From an uncultured Nitrososphaerota archaeon (lineage in GTDB: Archaea; Thermoproteota; Nitrososphaeria; Nitrososphaerales; Gagatemarchaeaceae): a stretch of DNA of 64,000 nt. Positions 58,837-64,000 of this stretch are shown in pieces; position 1 is the stretch's first letter; the number at the start of each line of letters is the position of its first letter. The DNA is taken from assembly GCA_963718895.1 (NCBI GenBank), contig CAVRAG010000008.1, positions 1,120,001-1,184,000 of the forward strand, given 5' to 3'. The translations under genes were made by a program, and so were the position numbers. The notes below the pieces were generated by a model. It was not told where the DNA came from. It did not search any database and saw nothing but the letters and a program-made list of their open reading frames with translations.

Positions 58837-60782
58837 AGATGTTGTTCAAGAAGAAGCCGTCAGCAGGGCTGCGCCCATCCGTCCTCTACGAGCTAAGGTC
58901 TGTCAACCTGGCAAACCTGCCGGAGAAGGAGCAGGGGTCTGTGCTCGACAGGTTCGCATCCTTCCTCGACTCTTTAACCGAGCCGATCACGTTCCACATA
59001 TTCCAGGACGAGAGGGAGGTGGAGGCCATCGGAGCGCTCTACGAGATTCCCTTCAAGCGCTTCTTCCTTGAGACGCACTCCCAGCAGGATTCGCTGGTCC
59101 AGAAGCTCGGGACGAGGATGGTGCGCGTCCACGCCCTTCCCCTGGTCAAACCGGTAAGAGCGAACTCGAGGTACATCATCGACTCCGAAGGCCATTATGT
59201 CCAGACCTACTGTATCAGTCGGCTCGGGGGAACCCTCGTACCGGGCTACTTGGCGGAACTCTACCAGATAGCCTACTGTCTCATGCTGGACATTGAGCCG
59301 ATTGACATCTACGAGGCGAAAAAGATGGTGAGGTCCTACGCCCGTTCAGTCGGTTCAAGGCTTCTCCTGAGGCAGACCGAGGGAAGGTCTCTCGACCCGG
59401 AGGAGCAGGTGGAGTTCCAGAGAGCGTCAGGTGCGGCCCAACTAATCGGGGCCGGCAAGGAGAGGCTGTTCAGGACCCGCATCCGAATCGTCCTGCGCGT
59501 GAACGGGTACAAGGAGCTCGTGGAGGCGAGGAAGAAGCTGAGGCAGCTCGTCGGGGGGATGGTGGGGCAGGTGGACTCTCCGGCGCACCTGCAGGAAGCC
59601 CTCCTCTCCGGAGTAGGCCCTAAGTATGCCACCGGAAGGTGGTTCTTCATTACGACTTCGGGAGCGCTGAGTCTCTTCCCGTTCTGCGGGCTGGACGTGG
59701 TCGACCCCTCCGGAGTCTTTCTGGGCCAGAACCTCCAGACCGGGAACGCCATCCTCTACGATGTGTTCGAGAAGGAGAATTACAACGTCGCCCTGATGGG
59801 ACAGAGCGGGTTCGGAAAGAGCACCTTCGTGAAGACCTACCTCGGCAGGATGCTGAACCAGGACAAGGACATGATGGTCTTCCTCTTCGACAGCATAGTG
59901 AGGCCGGAGTATGCCCTCGGCCCTGATGGCAGGTACGAGACGTCGTTCGCGGGCATGACGGGTTGCAAGGTCCAGCGCTTCGGCGGCGAGAAGGGGGCCG
60001 GTCTGGACCCATTCGCCGTATTTCCCACCAGGCGTGTCGCGGCAAACTTCCTTGCGAGCGTGGCGAAGGTCGAAAACGACCAGAATCTGCTCGCCGACCT
60101 CTACCTGACCGCAGAGAAGGCCTCCAACGTGAACGAGCTCATCGAACTGGCGACGGGCGACCTGAAGAAGCGCCTGCTGGCGAACCTCCCTCCATATCGG
60201 TTCCTCTTCGAGGGCGAGATGGAGATCTATCCGCGGATGGTCTTCGTCCTCTACGACCTCCCTCCAGGGGAGCAGAGGGACGCGGCAGCCTTCCTGGCGC
60301 TCTCGGCCATCTGGAAGAAGATCCAGGACACCGACACGATCCCGATCTCGAGGAGGAAGGCGATAGTGGTGGACGAGGGATGGTCGCTCGTCGAGATCAA
60401 CCCGAGGACGGGCAGACCGTATTTCCCTCTGGCGGTCGAATACGTGCCCGAGATCGCGAGGACGGGAAGGCACTACAACACCGCCTTCGTTGTCGCTACC
60501 CAGCTCGTATCCGACTTCATGGGGAGGGGAGGAGTCTATGGTCCGGGGAGGATAATCATCGAGAGCTGCTCCACGAAGATCGTGCTGAAGCAGGACCAGG
60601 CCGCGTCTCAGGTCCTCAAGGAGGCGTTCAACCTCAGCGACGGCGAGGAGAAGTTCATCGTCAACGCAAAGATCGGTCAGGGAATCTTGGTAACGCAGGA
60701 AGGCCGCATACCTTTCTATAACTTCCTCAGCGACGAGGAGAGGAGGCTCTTCACGACAAAACCGAAGGAAGTTACTGCTTGA
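58833..60782 (+). CDS. VirB4-like conjugative transfer ATPase
   Basis: NYNVALMGQSGFGKS, VVDEGW, IARTGRHYN, VATQ, LKQD, GQGIL. Confidence 0.88.
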   Translation: MKMLFKKKPSAGLRPSVLYELRSVNLANLPEKEQGSVLDRFASFLDSLTEPITFHIFQDEREVEAIGALYEIPFKRFFLETHSQQDSLVQKLGTRMVRVHALPLVKPVRANSRYIIDSEGHYVQTYCISRLGGTLVPGYLAELYQIAYCLMLDIEPIDIYEAKKMVRSYARSVGSRLLLRQTEGRSLDPEEQVEFQRASGAAQLIGAGKERLFRTRIRIVLRVNGYKELVEARKKLRQLVGGMVGQVDSPAHLQEALLSGVGPKYATGRWFFITTSGALSLFPFCGLDVVDPSGVFLGQNLQTGNAILYDVFEKENYNVALMGQSGFGKSTFVKTYLGRMLNQDKDMMVFLFDSIVRPEYALGPDGRYETSFAGMTGCKVQRFGGEKGAGLDPFAVFPTRRVAANFLASVAKVENDQNLLADLYLTAEKASNVNELIELATGDLKKRLLANLPPYRFLFEGEMEIYPRMVFVLYDLPPGEQRDAAAFLALSAIWKKIQDTDTIPISRRKAIVVDEGWSLVEINPRTGRPYFPLAVEYVPEIARTGRHYNTAFVVATQLVSDFMGRGGVYGPGRIIIESCSTKIVLKQDQAASQVLKEAFNLSDGEEKFIVNAKIGQGILVTQEGRIPFYNFLSDEERRLFTTKPKEVTA

Positions 60783-60830
60783 ACCCTACAAAGCTAGGCG
60801 GCGCATCGACGCGACCTTACGCGCTCTCGG

Positions 60831-61700
60831 CTAGTTCGCCAGCACAGATGCGCTCGCCGTCGCGTTGGTGCCGTCCGTGAACGTGACCGTGAACGTAATC
60901 AGGTACGTGCTCCCCGCCGTGATCGGACCGCAGGGCGCCCCCTGGAAGAAATACGCGAAGTTGTTCAGCGTGGTCGATGTCCCGAACGGTCGTGTTCCGC
61001 AGTCGGTGCCGTTCGTGTAGAGGGTGTAGCTGGGTGGTGTGTCGAGTAAGTGAGGTTAGAGTAAGGGTGATGGACCATGTGACGCCGGATGCTGCGCTGA
61101 CATAGATGTCCCCCGAGAGGTACGGGGTCGGTTGCACGACGCCCGTCGTCGCTATGGAGAAGCCCGAGAGCGAGATGGTGTTCGTCCCTCTCGACGGAGG
61201 AGACGACACCAGGAAGTAGACCGCTCCCGTTGATGGATAGATGAGCAGCCCGGCCTGGGGGTCGACGTGGTTCGAGAGCCTGACGACCGTGGGCGGATTC
61301 ACACCGACCGTGCAGGTGGTCATGGTCTCAGACGAGCCGCCCGGGAACGTGATGACGTAGCCGCCGTACCCTCCTGCCCCATAGCACGACCCGCCGGTGT
61401 AGGTCACCGTGGTGTTGGTCCAGAGCGCGAACTTGACGCCGGAGATGGCGAAACTGTTGGGGGTCGAGCTGTTCCATTGGGTGTACGTGAAGGTCGTCCC
61501 TCCGACGACGATGGTCGGAAGGGACTGCGGCGCCATCGACGTGAGGGTCATGGTCGTCGTAGTTGTGTAGACGGAGGTCGCGGTCATCGTCTTCGCTTCT
61601 CCCTGAAGTGCCACGAACAGGCTCGCCGATATCAGCACCCCCGCTATGACTATCGCCGCGGCGATGACAAGGTAACTGCGTGATGGTCGCTCGCTGCAGA
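60831..61700 (-). CDS. Membrane-anchored Thr-rich extracellular protein, interrupted by a 40-nt insertion (61031-61070)
   Basis: RSYLVIAAAIVIAGVLISASLF anchor. Removing the insert gives TWSSYTLYTNGTDCG...TASASVLAN* ending at 60831. The start is uncertain. Confidence 0.65.
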
Positions 61701-61762
61701 GTGAAGACCTCTGCTTGAGGAGAAGCCTGAATTCTGTTTAATAGTTTTGTCCGAACGAACCG

Positions 61763-64000
61763 CTAACGCGCTGGCCTGAACCCTCGCGAGATTCTTCCTA
61801 GAAAATAGAGGCCTGCCATCAGAAACCCGAAGAAGGTCATGAGGAAGTACTCCTCGTCCGGCGGCGGGGGTATGTGAACGACGTTATCGTAGGTCTGGAA
61901 AACGCTGCTCACCCCCCAAGAATTGCTAATCCCGAACTGGTAAGTCCCGTTCACGCTCATCGGGAACGACAGCCCATAGAATCCGAAGTACCCGGAAGGG
62001 GATGGAGGTTCCGTATTCGGTGTCAAAGAATCGTTGACAATCAAGTTCCCGTTCGGGTCCTTCACCCAAAGGCTCGTCACCCCTCCGGTCTGAGGCCCTA
62101 GCATCGCCAAGGCCTCGAAGTTCGTTTGCTGTCGCTGTATGTTCACCAAGCTCCCGCCTCCCCCGCCGAGGTTCGCGTAGATCGTGCTGTTCCCGCCGTA
62201 GAGGAAGCCGTAGACGCTGCTGAGGTTTCCGGGTTCGTATGTGACGGGTGAGATGAAGCTCGGCGAACTCCCGTTGTAGTCCCATGCGAGGTATGGATTG
62301 TTGGGGAGGGTCAGGCTGAAGTTGAGGGGAAGCGCGACCAGCTGCCTCAGTTGGTCCAGGTAGTATCCATCTACGCTCTGGAACGGGAGAGACGGAATCA
62401 GGGTCCTGTTAACGAGGAAGGATGAGAAGGCGTCGGCGACGGTGTACGAGTAGCTCCCGGACGCGCCTGTCACGGTGATGTTAAGGTACGGCACGGTGGT
62501 ATCGTTCGTCATGGCGAGGTTGGTGTCGTTGAGGAGGAAGACCCACCTCCCTCCCGAAGAGGAAACGGGCTTGAGGTTCATCACGTTCGAATAGGCGGGG
62601 AAGAGGTCGTCCTCGAAGGCCTTCGCTACCTGTTGATTTGAGCCGAATGTATGGTTCAGCGACGACAGCAGGTGTAGGTTGAGCGGGTCAGGCGTCACGA
62701 GGGAGATGTTGACGGAGTCTGAAGGATCGAGGCCCGAAGGCCCGTAGGTGAAGACCGAGATGTATCCACTATAATAGAAAGGCTGGTAGAGGTACGAAGT
62801 ATTGAACAGCCCGTAGTTGCCTCCTGCGAAGCCCTTTGAGACGGCCAACTCGGTGACGTTGAAGTATTCGAGCCCCTGGCCACTGTAACCCTGAATCCGT
62901 CCTAGGTCTGAGCTGAAGTAGAACTTCACGACCCTGTGCGCGAAGGTGATGACAGGATAGGTCGTGTTAGTGGTCCGGGTCCCCAGGCTAGTGGACGTCT
63001 GGTTCCAGAACGAGAGGTCCTGACTGATGTCGCCCGAAATGAGGTTTGCTTTCACTCCCCAACCCACTGTCGTGAAGTTGAACGAGTTGATCAAGGCCCT
63101 CTCGCGGGTATCGTTTACTGCCAGAATCCCAGCCGTGTTGGCATCCCCTCCATACGAGTAGCCCGGGTTGTTCCCGTCGTACCTTACGAGCGTGACGAAG
63201 AGCCTCTCGTATGCGCTCGAGTTCTTCGAGTTGTACCCCATATACGTGAAATATTTGAAATAAGGCGCGTAGTTGACGACCGCGAAAGGCTGTTTCTGTG
63301 TCTTTGAGCCGAGCAGGGCGCCTTGGTAGTCGAACGCCTTCGCTGTCATGGTGATCTTCGAGGTTCCTGTGGTGTTGGCAACCGTGAATAGGAAGTGCCC
63401 CGTGGAGCTGGAGTTCTGGTAGGAGGTCAGTTTCGCAAAGCTCGGGTCGAACTGGGGCTCGACGACGACCTTGATGTCCGGGCGCTGCTGCATGAAGAGG
63501 AAGCTGTAGCTGTAGTTGACGATGAACTGGTCGTCGTGGTAGAAAGAGCCGTCGGGGTTACGGAGAACCTGATGGAGCGAGTTGGTGACGTTGCTCAGCT
63601 CAGTCTGGAAGGTCAGTTCGAATGCCCGGGTTTCGACCGACTCGCTGGCCGAGAGGGAGGAGGAGAGAGTGATCGTTGAGTTGCCTGACGTCTCCACCAT
63701 GGTGAAGGTCGCCGTGATCGTCACGGAATACGTCCCAGAGACGTTCCCCACGACCTGGAGCAACCAGCCGCCCCGCGCGGCGAGGACGGCGCCGTCGTAT
63801 GACCACGAGTAGCGAGAAGGATGTCGTGTTGGGCCCGAGCGAGACCGAAGGGGTCACTGCGAACTCGTCCCCGAGATAGAGCGAGCCGTCAGGATTCGAG
63901 CGCATGTAGCTGACCGACGAGGAGATGCAGTTCCCGTAGGTGTCGCAGGGGTCCCTTGAGCCGCTGGGTGAGTGGACAAAGGCAAGTGGGAGTATCGTCA
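61763..64000 (-). CDS. Large surface protein with C-terminal TM anchor (start outside window; probable 1-nt frameshift near 63813)
   Basis: Beta-rich with many N-x-S/T sites; internal repeat SNPDGSLYLGDEF / RNPDGSFYHDDQF; PPPP plus TM plus basic tail. Confidence 0.75.

Larger units (their letters stand above)
11971..64000. mobile_element. Integrative conjugative element / composite genomic island, right end outside window
   Basis: tRNA fragment at the left edge, drop in GC, pseudogenes and defence-like cargo, then ArdC and VirD4-, VirB6- and VirB4-like genes. No integrase seen. Confidence 0.75.

Overview
Archaeal chromosomal DNA, most consistent with a GC-rich Nitrososphaerota (Thaumarchaeota)-like lineage; the taxonomy is inferred from the gene families and the leaderless TATA promoters. 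Positions 1 to about 11.95 kb are ordinary host genes: the map 3' end, DUF1512, a stand-alone 5S rRNA, Trm112, a CBS-HTH regulator, inositol-type catabolic genes, an ABC solute-binding protein, a YVTN beta-propeller, PGK and spherulin-4. At 11971 a host promoter drives only the first 24 nt of a tRNA, a probable attachment site. Beyond it, a large integrative conjugative element or composite island runs to the window end, with no integrase in view. From 12 to 44.5 kb it is visibly more AT-rich cargo: secreted Cys/Ser/Thr-rich proteins paired divergently with RHH or membrane-HTH regulators, an ATP-grasp/STAND-TPR/GNAT trio, a PadR-PadR/dual-HTH/unannotated 47-aa peptide module, and a defence-like block (HEPN-like, PD-(D/E)xK, GIY-YIG, wHTH plus nucleotidyltransferase, proteasome-beta-like). 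From 44.6 to 64 kb it is a conjugation backbone: ArdC and a private TFB; a ~500-nt non-coding region that folds extensively on the + strand; a 7-copy palindromic repeat array; a VirD4-like ATPase fused to a wHTH/PD-(D/E)xK domain; and VirB6-, VirB3/PrgI- and VirB4-like genes. Several otherwise intact genes carry single-base frameshifts and one carries a 40-nt low-complexity insertion, which may be sequencing errors. All family calls come from reading motifs by eye; no searches were run.
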